Assembly (NCBI GenBank): GCA_965215605.1
Contig: OZ244070.1
Coordinates: 192,001-256,000, forward strand
Length of the DNA stretch: 64,000 nt
Reading direction: 5' to 3'
Origin: an uncultured Candidatus Binatia bacterium
Lineage (GTDB): Bacteria > Desulfobacterota > Binatia > UBA9968 > JAJDTQ01
The position numbers and the translations under genes were made by a program. Positions 9,592 through 19,264 of the stretch are shown in pieces; within the stretch, counting starts at the first letter, position 1; every line of letters begins with the position of its first letter. The notes below the pieces were generated by a model, which was not told the origin of the DNA, made no database searches, and was given only the letters and a program-made list of their open reading frames with translations.

Positions 9592-9723
9592 GGGACGGCG
9601 CTCTCCCTTGCTTTTCCGCCCGGGCCGGGATATGGATCGGCTGGCTGGAACGCGGGCTCCGCGTCGGATACCGCGCTGGCATCACCCCGCACGGGAACCG
9701 CACACAAGGAGGAACGTATCACC

Positions 9724-10452
9724 ATGGCGGAAGTCGCAATCGTAACCGGAGGAGCCGGCGGTCTGGGATCGTCGGTCTGCACCGCGCTGGCTGAAGACGG
9801 GCTCAAGGTCGTGGTCGCCGATTACAACGGAGAGGGAGCGCAGGCGCTGGCCGCCAAGCTCAAATCCGAAGGCCGGGAGGCGCTGGGCGTGGGCGTGGAC
9901 GTGGGCGACAAGCAGAGCGTCGAGGCCATGATTCAAAGCGCCGTGGACACCTACGGGCAGGTTGACTGCCAGATCAACTTCGCGGGCCTCATGGGCCGCT
10001 TCTCCATCGCGGACATGACCGAAGAGGAGTGGGACAGAGTCATACGCGTGAACCTGCGGGGCGTCTTCCTGTGCAGCCAGGCCGCCGCCGCGGCCATGCG
10101 GCCGCGCAAGCAGGGGCGTATCCTCAACGTCGCCTCGGGCCGAGGGGTCGCCGGGGCGCCCTACTCCGCGCACTACTCCGCCTCCAAGGCCGGGGTCATC
10201 GCCTTCACCAAGTCCATGGCCGTGGAGGTGGCGTCGGACAACATCCTGGTGAACAACATCTGCCCCGGACGCACGGAGACGCCCATGGCCCGGGCCGGCT
10301 ACACCGAAGAGCAGTGGGCGGCCATCAAGGCGGTGGATCCGTTGCAGGGCGGCCTCACCCAGAAGGACGAGATCACCGGCCTGGTGCGCTATCTCGTGTC
10401 GGATGCGGCGCGTTATATCACCGGGCAGACGTTCCTGTTGCGGACGCCGTGA
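9724..10452 (+). CDS. Short-chain dehydrogenase/reductase
   Basis: TGGAGGLG, YSASKAG catalytic YxxxK. Confidence 0.92.
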   Translation: MAEVAIVTGGAGGLGSSVCTALAEDGLKVVVADYNGEGAQALAAKLKSEGREALGVGVDVGDKQSVEAMIQSAVDTYGQVDCQINFAGLMGRFSIADMTEEEWDRVIRVNLRGVFLCSQAAAAAMRPRKQGRILNVASGRGVAGAPYSAHYSASKAGVIAFTKSMAVEVASDNILVNNICPGRTETPMARAGYTEEQWAAIKAVDPLQGGLTQKDEITGLVRYLVSDAARYITGQTFLLRTP

Positions 10453-10500
10453 CGGGAACGCGCAAGAGGAATTCTCATTCACTGAGCCTTGGGAGGTGAC

Positions 10501-11229
10501 ATGTCACAGGTCGTGGTGGTAACCGGCGGCGCCGGGGGCATCGGATCGTCCATATGCCGGGCGCTGGCCCAGGACGGCCACAGCGTGGTGGTGGCCGATT
10601 TCAACGGAGAGGGGGCGCAGGCCATCGTTACGGAAATCGGCAACGAGGGCGGCGAGGCCTTGGCCGTGGCAGTGGACGTCGGCGACAAGGCCAGCGTCGA
10701 CGGCATGGTCAAGGCGGCCATCGACAAGTACGGCCACATCGACGTGCAGCTCAACGCCGCGGGAGTCATCAAGCGCTGCCCGGTGCTGGAGATGCCGGCG
10801 GAGGAATGGGAGCGGGTGATCCGGATCAATCTGACCGGACTCTTCCTTTGCTCGCAGGCCGCGGCCAGGCACATGGCCGAGCGCAAGTCCGGCCGGATCA
10901 TCAACGTCGCCTCGGGCCGGGGCGTCACGGGGCAGCGGCTGGGTTCCCACTACGCCGCGTCCAAGGGTGGCGTCATCACCTTCACCAAGACCCTGGCCAT
11001 GGAGCTGGCGACCTACAACGTCACCGCCAACGCCATCGGACCCGGCGCCACCGAAACCGACATGGCCAGGGCGGGCATGTCAGAAGAACAATGGACCCTG
11101 AAACAGTCCACCTCTCCGCTCATGGGTGGATTTACGCAGAAGGACGAGATCACCGGACTGGTCCGCTATCTGATATCCGACGCCGCGCGCTATATCTCGG
11201 GCCAGCTCTTTCTCTTGCGCACGGCGTAA
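10501..11229 (+). CDS. Short-chain dehydrogenase/reductase (paralogue of the preceding gene)
   Basis: TGGAGGIG, YAASKGG; GGAGG before ATG 10501. Confidence 0.92.
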   Translation: MSQVVVVTGGAGGIGSSICRALAQDGHSVVVADFNGEGAQAIVTEIGNEGGEALAVAVDVGDKASVDGMVKAAIDKYGHIDVQLNAAGVIKRCPVLEMPAEEWERVIRINLTGLFLCSQAAARHMAERKSGRIINVASGRGVTGQRLGSHYAASKGGVITFTKTLAMELATYNVTANAIGPGATETDMARAGMSEEQWTLKQSTSPLMGGFTQKDEITGLVRYLISDAARYISGQLFLLRTA

Positions 11230-11285
11230 CGCCGGAGTCCCTGGCCGGGACGGCAACTCGCGCATAGCACCGAAGACCGGAAGCC

Positions 11286-12965
11286 ATGTACACCGAGAAC
11301 GCCATGAAGGCCGTCTACACCGTCCTGATGGTGGTGATCGGCTTCGTCATTCTCGTTCCCGTGCTGGCGCTGGTCTTCGGCAGCTTCTGGTCGTCCTCGC
11401 CGGTGGCCGCGGGCCACGTCACCCTGGACAACTGGGTCCGGGCCCTCAACATCAGCATCCCTGCGGACATCCCCACGCTGGTCTTCAACTCGCTGGTGTT
11501 CGCCTTCATGACGGCCGCCATCTCGGTGGTCCTGGGCGTCACCATGGCGTTTCTGGTGGTGCGCACCGACATGCCCTACGGCAACGTCTTCGCGAAGCTG
11601 GGGATCGTGCCCCGGGCCTTTCCGGTGATCATCGCCGCGTTGGCCTGGATCCTGCTCCTGAGCCCGCGCATCGGCGTCCTCAACGTCCTGTTCCGGGAGC
11701 TCTTCGGCACCAACCTGTTCAACATCTACTCGTTCCCGGGGATGATCTTCATCATGGTGCTCTACGAGTCACCGATCGTGTTCCTCATCGCGCTGAACGC
11801 TTTCCGGCTCATGGACCCGTCGCTGGAAGAGCAGTCCATCGCCTGCGGCAACACGGTCATGGGGACGCTGCGCCGGGTGACCTTGCCGGTGCTGCGCCCG
11901 CTGATCCTTTCGTCGTTCCTGCTGGTCTTCGTCATCGGGCTGATCACCCTGGAGGTGCCGATCCTCATCGGCGCGCCCGGCGGCATCTTCGTCTTCACCT
12001 CCGCCATCTTCAACATCATCGCATCGGACTACCAGTCGCTGATCTACTACAACACCGCCGCGGCGCTGGCCATGATGGTGATCCCACTGAGCCTGATCTC
12101 GCTGTTCCTCTACCGCCACATGGTGCGGCGGGCCGAGAGCTTCGTCACCGTCACCGGCAAGGCCCGGCCGGAGAACGTCCACCACATGGGCCGGTGGCGC
12201 TATGTGGCCTTCGTGGGCGCCTCGCTGTACTTCGGCGTGGTGATCGTGCTTCCGGCCGTGGTGATCGTGCTGCTGTCGTTCTCCCAGTTCGTGGCCACTC
12301 CCAGCCTGAGCGTGCTGACGCAACTCACCCTCAACCACTGGAATGCCGCCCTGAACGACGCGGTTTTCTGGCGCGCGCTGGGCAATACGCTGCTTCTGTG
12401 CTTCGCCGCCGCCACCGCCACCGTCACCATCGCACTCGGGGTGGGCTACCTGCTGGTACGCAGCGGCGTCAAGCTCAAGGGACCCATCGAGGCCGCCACC
12501 ATGCTGCCGCTGGCCTTCCCGGGCACCATCCTGGCCGTGGGCTTCGTCTGGGCCTACATCCGGACGCCGGTATACGGCACCCTGTGGATCCTGCTGCTCT
12601 ACTTCATCGGCAACTACCTGCCGTTCGCTCTGCGGACCCTGAGCCCGTTCCTGTTCCAGTTCCACAAGGAGTTCGAGGAAGCTTCGTGGACTTCCGGCGC
12701 CAGCGCGCTGGGCACGATCACGCGCATCGTCATCCCGTTCCTCCGGAGCGGGCTGTTCTCCGTGTGGGTCCTGCTGTTCCAGATCTACCTGCGCGAATTC
12801 GCCGGCGCCGTCATCCTGTTCACCTACGGCAACGAGGTACTCTCCACCCTGCTCTTCCAGCGCGCCTTCGACGAGGGCCAGTTCGGCATCGGCGCCGTCA
12901 TCGGCGTGCTGATGCTGTTGATGTCGCTGGGGCTGCACCTGCTGGTGTCGCGGCGGGAGGCGTAG
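11286..12965 (+). CDS. FbpB/ThiP-type ABC transporter permease (two fused TM domains)
   Basis: Two EAA-like loops (DPSLEEQS..CG, KEFEEASWTSGAS). Confidence 0.88.
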   Translation: MYTENAMKAVYTVLMVVIGFVILVPVLALVFGSFWSSSPVAAGHVTLDNWVRALNISIPADIPTLVFNSLVFAFMTAAISVVLGVTMAFLVVRTDMPYGNVFAKLGIVPRAFPVIIAALAWILLLSPRIGVLNVLFRELFGTNLFNIYSFPGMIFIMVLYESPIVFLIALNAFRLMDPSLEEQSIACGNTVMGTLRRVTLPVLRPLILSSFLLVFVIGLITLEVPILIGAPGGIFVFTSAIFNIIASDYQSLIYYNTAAALAMMVIPLSLISLFLYRHMVRRAESFVTVTGKARPENVHHMGRWRYVAFVGASLYFGVVIVLPAVVIVLLSFSQFVATPSLSVLTQLTLNHWNAALNDAVFWRALGNTLLLCFAAATATVTIALGVGYLLVRSGVKLKGPIEAATMLPLAFPGTILAVGFVWAYIRTPVYGTLWILLLYFIGNYLPFALRTLSPFLFQFHKEFEEASWTSGASALGTITRIVIPFLRSGLFSVWVLLFQIYLREFAGAVILFTYGNEVLSTLLFQRAFDEGQFGIGAVIGVLMLLMSLGLHLLVSRREA

Positions 12966-13019
12966 CCGGCTCCTTTGCCGACCCCTATCCACGGCCGGAG
13001 GGTCGTGGGCATTTTCTGG

Positions 13020-13071
13020 TTGACTCTAAAATACTCATGAGTATTTTAGGGTATGGTAGAAAATACTCATG
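13020..13071 (+). promoter_or_regulatory. Putative promoter/operator: perfect 24-bp palindrome plus extra half-site
   Basis: TTGACT at 13020-13025, CTAAAATACTCATGAGTATTTTAG at 13026-13049, AAAATACTCATG repeated at 13060-13071. Confidence 0.6.
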
Positions 13072-13094
13072 GACGCGCCAGCACAGCCAACAGG

Positions 13095-14234
13095 ATGGAG
13101 CAGCGCTACATCAAGGACAGCATCGAAGCGGATCTCTCGGACCGGATGGTCTTCGTCGGCGGACCACGCCAAGTCGGCAAGACGACGCTGGCATTGTCTC
13201 TGCTGGAGGGGCAGCAAGACGAGTCATCGCCAGCCTATCTGAATTGGGACGTGCTGGCAGACCGCGAGAACGTCATGGCGGAACGGTTGCCCTCGGGCCA
13301 GCCGCGCGTCATTTTCGACGAGATCCACAAGTACGCGAATTGGCGGAATCTGATGAAGGGCCTGTACGACAAGAACAGGAGTTCCATCTCCTTCATTGTC
13401 ACCGGCTCGGCTCGGCTCGACTACTACCGCAAGGGCGGCGATTCCCTGCAGGGGCGGTACCACTACTATCGGCTGCATCCGTTCACGGCCGCGGAACACG
13501 ACAAGGAGCCCAACCAAGGCCTCGTGGAACAGCTACTCCGATTCGGAGGGTTCCCCGAACCCTTTCTCAGGGGCGATGTGCGTTTTCATCGACGGTGGCT
13601 TCGCGAGCACTCCACAAGAGTCCTCTATGAGGACCTCCGCGACCTGGAGAACGTGCGGGAGATTTCCGCGCTGGAGCTGCTTCTGTCGCATCTCCCGGCG
13701 TGCGTGGGGTCCCCGCTTTCAGTGAACAGCCTCAGCCGACTGTTACAGGTGAACCACGCATCCATCGAGCGCTGGCTGGGGATATTCGAGCGGCTTTACC
13801 TCTGTTACCGCATTCCGCCGTTCGGAGCCGGTAGAATCCGCGCCGTCCGCAAGGAAAGGAAACTGTATTTCTGGGATTGGTCGCGCGTCGAGGACCGAGG
13901 CGCCCGCTTCGAGAACATGGTGGCCGGCCACCTGTTGAAGTACTGCCACTACGTCGAGGACACCGAAGGCCACGACATGGAACTGCGCTTCATCCGGGAT
14001 ACCGACAAACGCGAGGTGGACTTCGTCGTTCTGCGCGACGGCGCCGCGGAGTTTGCCGTCGAGTGCAAGAGCGGCGACCGCCGCGCGGCTCCCGCCTGCG
14101 GCTACTTCAGGGAGCGGACGGATATCCCGCGTTTCTACCAAGTGCACCTCGGCACCAGGGAGTTCGGCAGTGCCGAAACCAACACACGCGTCCTGCCCTT
14201 CTGGAAGTTCTGCCGTGAGGTGGCCGTGCCTTGA
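13095..14234 (+). CDS. AAA_14 ATPase with DUF4143 C-terminal (PD-(D/E)xK-like) domain
   Basis: GPRQVGKTT Walker A, IFDEIH Walker B, TGSARL, GGFPEPF, KLYFWD, FENMVA, REVDFVV..VECK. Confidence 0.88.
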   Translation: MEQRYIKDSIEADLSDRMVFVGGPRQVGKTTLALSLLEGQQDESSPAYLNWDVLADRENVMAERLPSGQPRVIFDEIHKYANWRNLMKGLYDKNRSSISFIVTGSARLDYYRKGGDSLQGRYHYYRLHPFTAAEHDKEPNQGLVEQLLRFGGFPEPFLRGDVRFHRRWLREHSTRVLYEDLRDLENVREISALELLLSHLPACVGSPLSVNSLSRLLQVNHASIERWLGIFERLYLCYRIPPFGAGRIRAVRKERKLYFWDWSRVEDRGARFENMVAGHLLKYCHYVEDTEGHDMELRFIRDTDKREVDFVVLRDGAAEFAVECKSGDRRAAPACGYFRERTDIPRFYQVHLGTREFGSAETNTRVLPFWKFCREVAVP

Positions 14235-14279
14235 ACCCAGGCGGCGATTCTCCATCATGCCTGCCAATGCAGACGATGG

Positions 14280-15380
14280 TCACACCCGCGCCGCCACCCA
14301 GTCGTGCATGAACGGGAAGATCTCGGCGTGGTTGTCGTAGGAGCAGTGGACGGCGCCGGGCTCGCCGGCGCGGAGGAAGCGCAGCTCCTTTTCGCACTTG
14401 GCTTCGTCGTAGGTCTGGTGCGCGCAGCGGGGGTCGGTAATGATGTCGTCCTCGCCGTGGAGGATGAGGAGCGGGCACTCGACCTTATCGATGCTGCCGG
14501 CGAGGGTGAACTGGCCCAGGCGGTGGCGGACCTCGTCTTCGGTGCTCGATCCGGTGATCCAGCGGAACTGTCCTCTCAGGGGCTCGTAGAACTGGTAGAT
14601 GTCACGGTAGCAGTCGTAGGGACCGAAATGGGAAACGCAGCACTTGACGCGCTTCTCGTATGCGGCGGCGCGGGTGACGTAGTAGCCGCCCATGCTCATG
14701 CCCATGAGGGCGACCCGGTTCATGTCGACGTCGCCGCGGTTTTCCAGGTAGTCCACCATGGCCGTGATCGGCCGTTCGAAGTCGGGGATCGCCAGGCTGT
14801 TGCGCAGCCTTAGCATCCCGCCGCGGCCGGGGCCGTCGACGATCAGGAGAGCGAGGCCCCGCTTGGCTGCTTCTGGCCCGCCGACGAAGTAGACCTCCTC
14901 GGCGGTGGAGTCGGCGCCGCCGGTGAAGATCAGCACCGGCGGCTTCGCGCCGGCGCCCTCCGGGGCGTGAAAGAAGTAGCCGGGCATGGAGGTGTCCTCG
15001 TAGGGTACCTCGACGCGCTCGATGCCGGGCGACAGCTCCGCGGCGGCCTGGAAGCTCCCGGCGGACTTGCGATAGGTAGGAACCTTCCGGTCGTCGGTGA
15101 ACGGAAGGAGGAATTCAGCGACCCGGTAGTAGTTGGCGGCCCGGAAGAACGCCTTGCGCGCGCTCTCGGGACGGCCGCCGGCCTGTTGCGCTTGACCGTG
15201 GGCGGCGACCCGCTCGGCGGTTTCACGCCACTCGGCGTGCCAGCTTTCGGTGTCGCCCGGCTTGATTCGCTGGACCGTGCGGTGGATCTCGTTGAACTCG
15301 CCGCCGCCGTAGTAGCTCTCGGCCAGCAGCCGGACGCACGCGAAGGACCAGCTTCGGTTCCCCGGGAAGAATTCGAACAT
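14280..15380 (-). CDS. Alpha/beta hydrolase (FrsA/2,6-dihydroxypseudooxynicotine hydrolase-like)
   Basis: GGADSTAEE, DGPGRG, GMSMGG nucleophile elbow, HGEDD, GAVHC. Confidence 0.85.
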   Translation of the reverse strand: MFEFFPGNRSWSFACVRLLAESYYGGGEFNEIHRTVQRIKPGDTESWHAEWRETAERVAAHGQAQQAGGRPESARKAFFRAANYYRVAEFLLPFTDDRKVPTYRKSAGSFQAAAELSPGIERVEVPYEDTSMPGYFFHAPEGAGAKPPVLIFTGGADSTAEEVYFVGGPEAAKRGLALLIVDGPGRGGMLRLRNSLAIPDFERPITAMVDYLENRGDVDMNRVALMGMSMGGYYVTRAAAYEKRVKCCVSHFGPYDCYRDIYQFYEPLRGQFRWITGSSTEDEVRHRLGQFTLAGSIDKVECPLLILHGEDDIITDPRCAHQTYDEAKCEKELRFLRAGEPGAVHCSYDNHAEIFPFMHDWVAARV

Positions 15381-15416
15381 GGCCCTTCGCGTCGTTCCAG
15401 CGCCCGCGTCTTCAGG

Positions 15417-16457
15417 CTACTGGTAGAGCGCCTGGATACGCTTCGTCCACGCGTCCTTGTTGTTGCTGACCTCGTTGGCGATGATCTCCGGCGCCTTGGC
15501 GAAGAACTTGACGCCTTCGAGCTCCTTGATGAGGGATCCCCTCGGCTTCATGGAGCTGTCGGCCGGGATCAGCCCCTCGTTGACGAAGTGCTTCTGTCCC
15601 TCGGCGCTGATGGCGTAGTCCATGAAGAGCTTGGCGGCGTTGGGGTGGGGAGCCTTCCCATGAATCGCCAGCATGTTGGGCCACCAGATGGCCGGTTCCC
15701 GGAACGTGGAGTAGCCGAGCCCTGGATAGCTTCGGCCGAAGGTGAACGGCGTGTACGGCAGGGTGAAGATGCCCAGGGGAAACTCCTTGAGACCCACCGC
15801 CTGGTGGAGCGGCCCCCACTTGGGCTCGTAGCGCCCTACGTTGACCTTGAACGCCTTCCAGTAGCTGGCCCACTTCTCCTCGTTGCCGCCGAACCACGCC
15901 TGCAAGGACGCGATGTGCACGAGATAGTTGGACCCGAGCCACGGCGTGCGCGAGATGATCTTGCCCTTGTACTTGGGCTTGATCAGCTCCTGGATGCTGC
16001 GAGGCGCCTGCTCCGGCGGGATCAGCTCCTTGTTGTAGGACGCTCCCACCACGTGGATGAACACCGGCACCAGGTTCCAGTCCTTCGGCAGCGCCTTCAT
16101 GTGATGCGCGACCTTCTCGTAGCCGGCGGGCTTGTAGGGCTGGGTCAGGTGGTTGAGCCCGCTCAGCGGCCCCGGGGAGGCGCCGAACATGTCGATGGCG
16201 GATATCCCCGCCTGGGACTCCTGGCTCACCGTGCGGAGAACGCCGGGCGCGCCCACGTAGGTGCCCTCCACCGTGATGCCGTATTTCTTCTGGAAGGATT
16301 CGGCGGCCTTCCTGAAGCTGGAGAACGTGATCAGCCGCAGCTTGCCTTCCTTCTTGGCCGCGGCGATCAGCTCGGCACTCGACGCCAGCGCCATGCCGGA
16401 AAGGCACAGAACCAAGCCGAGTGACAACGCCATCGTCTTTGTGATCAAGCTTCGCAT
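15417..16457 (-). CDS. ABC transporter substrate-binding protein (AfuA/FbpA-like family)
   Basis: Signal peptide, AAAKKEGKL, APHPNAAKLFMDY..SAEGQ. Confidence 0.85.
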   Translation of the reverse strand: MRSLITKTMALSLGLVLCLSGMALASSAELIAAAKKEGKLRLITFSSFRKAAESFQKKYGITVEGTYVGAPGVLRTVSQESQAGISAIDMFGASPGPLSGLNHLTQPYKPAGYEKVAHHMKALPKDWNLVPVFIHVVGASYNKELIPPEQAPRSIQELIKPKYKGKIISRTPWLGSNYLVHIASLQAWFGGNEEKWASYWKAFKVNVGRYEPKWGPLHQAVGLKEFPLGIFTLPYTPFTFGRSYPGLGYSTFREPAIWWPNMLAIHGKAPHPNAAKLFMDYAISAEGQKHFVNEGLIPADSSMKPRGSLIKELEGVKFFAKAPEIIANEVSNNKDAWTKRIQALYQ

Positions 16458-16544
16458 GGTACCTCCCTCGATCCGTCACAAACTTTGCCGCCAGACTATA
16501 GAGCGGCAGGGGTAGGCGTCAAGACCTCACCCTCCCCCCTCCGG

Positions 16545-16577
16545 ATCCCGGATCAAGCCTGGCCCGTGGTCCGGGAT
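16545..16577. repeat. REP-like intergenic palindrome
   Basis: ATCCCGGA(TCAAG...)TCCGGGAT inverted repeat, resembling the GGATCCCGGATCAAGTCCGGGATGAC class. Confidence 0.45.
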
Positions 16578-16584
16578 GATGGGG

Positions 16585-17469
16585 TCACGAAACGAACGCG
16601 GTGGAAAGGTCCACCCGCCCCTCCAGCCGGCCCGTCTCGATGAGCATCTCCATGGTGGCTTCCGCTTCCTTGCGCTCGGTGTCGGTGAAGGTGAACTCGA
16701 TCCTGGGGTAGCCGGCGGAGGCCAGGATGTCCTGCTTGTCGCCGCCGTACCTGGCGATGAACTTGTCGGCCACCTCCTCCAGATGAGCGTCGCTGTAGGC
16801 GATGGACTTGCGGCACGCGTCGAGGATCTGGCCGGCGAACTCCGGATGCTCGGCCAACAGGTCCTCGCGGGTGGCGAGCATGTGCTTGATGATCTCCGGC
16901 AGGCCGTGGAGGCCGCGCCAGGCGTCGCCGTCGGTGTAGAGGCAGCGGACATCGGGGTCCTTCTCGCCGTGCCAGAAGACCTGGTCGATGAGCGTCACGG
17001 CGTCGGCCTTGCCCTCCTTGAGGATCGCCACGAGCTCCTCCTGGGGATGGGACTCCCAGCGGATGCTGGAGTCGTCCACCTTGTAGTGCTTGCGCAGAAG
17101 GAAGCAGTGCATGGCGTGGGGGTCGGAGTGGTGGCTGGCGATGAGACGGCCCTCCAGGTCCTTGGGGGTCTGGACCGGGCCGTCCTTGAGCACGAAGACG
17201 CCGTTGCCCTTGGAGGTGGACTTCCACTCCGTGGACAGGCCCACGATGGGGGCGCCGCCGAGCTTCCGCTTGAGAAAGTTCGGCAGATAGACGTTGGCGA
17301 ACGCCACCTCGCCCCGGATCAGCACCTCCTCCAGCTCGTGGCTGGGCGGGTCGGCCACCTCGATGACCTTCAGGTCGAAGCCCTCGGGTTTCACGATGCC
17401 CTCCGCCAAGGCGTAGTAGGTGCGGAACATGCAGAAACGATTGCGGTAGTGTGCGAGTGTCAGTTCCAT
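16585..17469 (-). CDS. Periplasmic-binding-protein type-2 fold protein (SsuA/MqnA-D/4,5-dihydroxyphthalate decarboxylase-like), no signal peptide
   Basis: LTLA..RTYYALAEGIVKPEGFDL N-terminus, VQTPKDLEGRLIA, GKADAV. Confidence 0.65.
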   Translation of the reverse strand: MELTLAHYRNRFCMFRTYYALAEGIVKPEGFDLKVIEVADPPSHELEEVLIRGEVAFANVYLPNFLKRKLGGAPIVGLSTEWKSTSKGNGVFVLKDGPVQTPKDLEGRLIASHHSDPHAMHCFLLRKHYKVDDSSIRWESHPQEELVAILKEGKADAVTLIDQVFWHGEKDPDVRCLYTDGDAWRGLHGLPEIIKHMLATREDLLAEHPEFAGQILDACRKSIAYSDAHLEEVADKFIARYGGDKQDILASAGYPRIEFTFTDTERKEAEATMEMLIETGRLEGRVDLSTAFVS

Positions 17470-17481
17470 GGGGACTCCTGA

Positions 17482-18723
17482 TCAGTCCAGGCCCAGCTCC
17501 GCGCGAGTCTTGCTGCAGATGTCCAGGGCCGCCAAGGCGTAGACGCTGCTGCAGCGGATCATGTTGTTGATGCCGACGCCGCGGCGGGTGCCGGACGGCC
17601 GGTCCCATTCGGCGCCGGTCTCCTGCTCGTCCGGATCCACCAGGTGGGTGCCGAAGCCGGCGCCGTAGGTGATCACCGACACGCCGTACTGGTTGATGCG
17701 CGAGCCGTCGCTGGTAATGCCGTAGCGCACAGGCTCGGAGAACTCCATGTCCCTGCCGTCGTTGACCTCCTTGTGGGCCCCGCCCATGGCCTGGACCACG
17801 TAGTCGGTCTCGGGGATCTCGTAGCCGTCGGTGGTGAGGTAGAGCTTCACCTTGGTGGTGATGTCCCCTTCCCTGGCGGCAACGGCCGCGGCGACCTTCT
17901 CCAGCTCCCGCTGGATCTTCATGGTGGGCACGTGGGGCAGGGTCTTGACGATGACGTAGATCTTGCACACCGGGTTGGTGCCGGGCTTGAAGGGATTGCC
18001 GCCGTCGATGGCGCCGATCTGGACGGTGGGAAGCATGAACGGATGCGGGAACATTTTCTGGTAGTCGGCCTCCCACGCCTGTATCGCCTTGGCCACCTCG
18101 GCGGCCTTCAGGACAAAGGTCTTGGCCGGCCCTTCCACGGTCACCTCGGCCCACGCCAACCCGGCGTTGCCGATCTGCATGCGCAGTCCCGTGGGCTCGC
18201 CGATGATGCACATGTCGGCGGTGACCCCGTGGTCCATGAGGTAGCGCGCACCCACGCCCGCGCCCCGGTAACTCTTGCCGTGGAAGCGGTTGACCTGGGC
18301 CTTCTCGATCTCGCCCACCACGCCGGAGATGATGACGTCGCCCTTGAGCTCCGCCTTGGCCTTCACCAGCATGTCCACCGCGGTGATGTAGCAGGGAAAC
18401 GCGCACTTCATGTTCACCAGGCCGCGCCCGTAAACCCGGTCCTCCGTCACCCGGGTGGGCTCGGGGTTGTCGAAGTGGTCCATGTGTCCGTTGAACATCA
18501 ACACCGGCCCCTCGCCGGAGCCCCTTAACGTGCCGATGACGTTGGGCCGCCCCTCCTCCACCTCCTGGTACTCCACCTCCATGCCCAGGCGCTCGAACTC
18601 GCGTCCCAGATACTCTGCCACCGGCGCTTCCTCACCCGTTATCGTGACGATATCGGCAAGGTCCCGGGTCATTTCCACCAGATGCGCGCGGTCGAGTTGC
18701 GCCAAAACCTGCTTGCTGTCCAT
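17482..18723 (-). CDS. M20/ArgE-DapE family metallo-hydrolase (atypical ligands)
   Basis: GRPNVIG, FNGHMDH, YGRGLVNMK, IIGEPT. Confidence 0.82.
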   Translation of the reverse strand: MDSKQVLAQLDRAHLVEMTRDLADIVTITGEEAPVAEYLGREFERLGMEVEYQEVEEGRPNVIGTLRGSGEGPVLMFNGHMDHFDNPEPTRVTEDRVYGRGLVNMKCAFPCYITAVDMLVKAKAELKGDVIISGVVGEIEKAQVNRFHGKSYRGAGVGARYLMDHGVTADMCIIGEPTGLRMQIGNAGLAWAEVTVEGPAKTFVLKAAEVAKAIQAWEADYQKMFPHPFMLPTVQIGAIDGGNPFKPGTNPVCKIYVIVKTLPHVPTMKIQRELEKVAAAVAAREGDITTKVKLYLTTDGYEIPETDYVVQAMGGAHKEVNDGRDMEFSEPVRYGITSDGSRINQYGVSVITYGAGFGTHLVDPDEQETGAEWDRPSGTRRGVGINNMIRCSSVYALAALDICSKTRAELGLD

Positions 18724-18750
18724 GTGATCGAACCTCCTTGATTGCTATGA

Positions 18751-19146
18751 TCAATCTTTTTGATGTTTTAAAGATGCCGAATTAATACAATACCTTAGGT
18801 ATGTCGGGGCCGGACCGTCGTCGAATACATGCCCCAGATGGGCATCACAGACGCTGCACAGCACCTCGACCCGACGCATGCCGAAGGCGCGGTCCTCCTC
18901 GGTGGCCACGTTCTCCTCGTTCACCGGCGCCCAGAAGCTCGGCCATCCGGTACCCGAGTCGAACTTGGTGGCGGCGTCAAACAGGTCCGTGCCACAGCAC
19001 ACGCAACCGTAGACGCCAGGCTCCTTGGAGCCGTTATACTGGCCGGTGAACGGCCTCTCGGTGGCCTTCTTGCGGGTGACCTGAAACTGCTCGTCGGTGA
19101 GCTGCTGGCGCCATTCCTCGTCGGTCTTGGTGACTTTATCCTTCAT
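18751..19146 (-). CDS. msrB: Peptide-methionine (R)-S-oxide reductase
   Basis: [34 protein letters not shown]. Confidence 0.96.
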   Translation of the reverse strand: MKDKVTKTDEEWRQQLTDEQFQVTRKKATERPFTGQYNGSKEPGVYGCVCCGTDLFDAATKFDSGTGWPSFWAPVNEENVATEEDRAFGMRRVEVLCSVCDAHLGHVFDDGPAPTYLRYCINSASLKHQKD

Positions 19147-19264
19147 CGAACGTCGTCCTCCCGCAGTATCCGTGTCTACCGTCAGGCTTAATGATATAGG
19201 ACTTTCACGGCAAGAATGCGAATCGGCGGGGCGTCTCGTCCCGGCCCGTCACCTCCCCCGCGCA

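Noticed and set aside
18738-18754. TTGAT...ATCAA as an FNR box
   Set aside because: Spacer is 7 nt rather than 4, and the site overlaps the msrB stop and next RBS.
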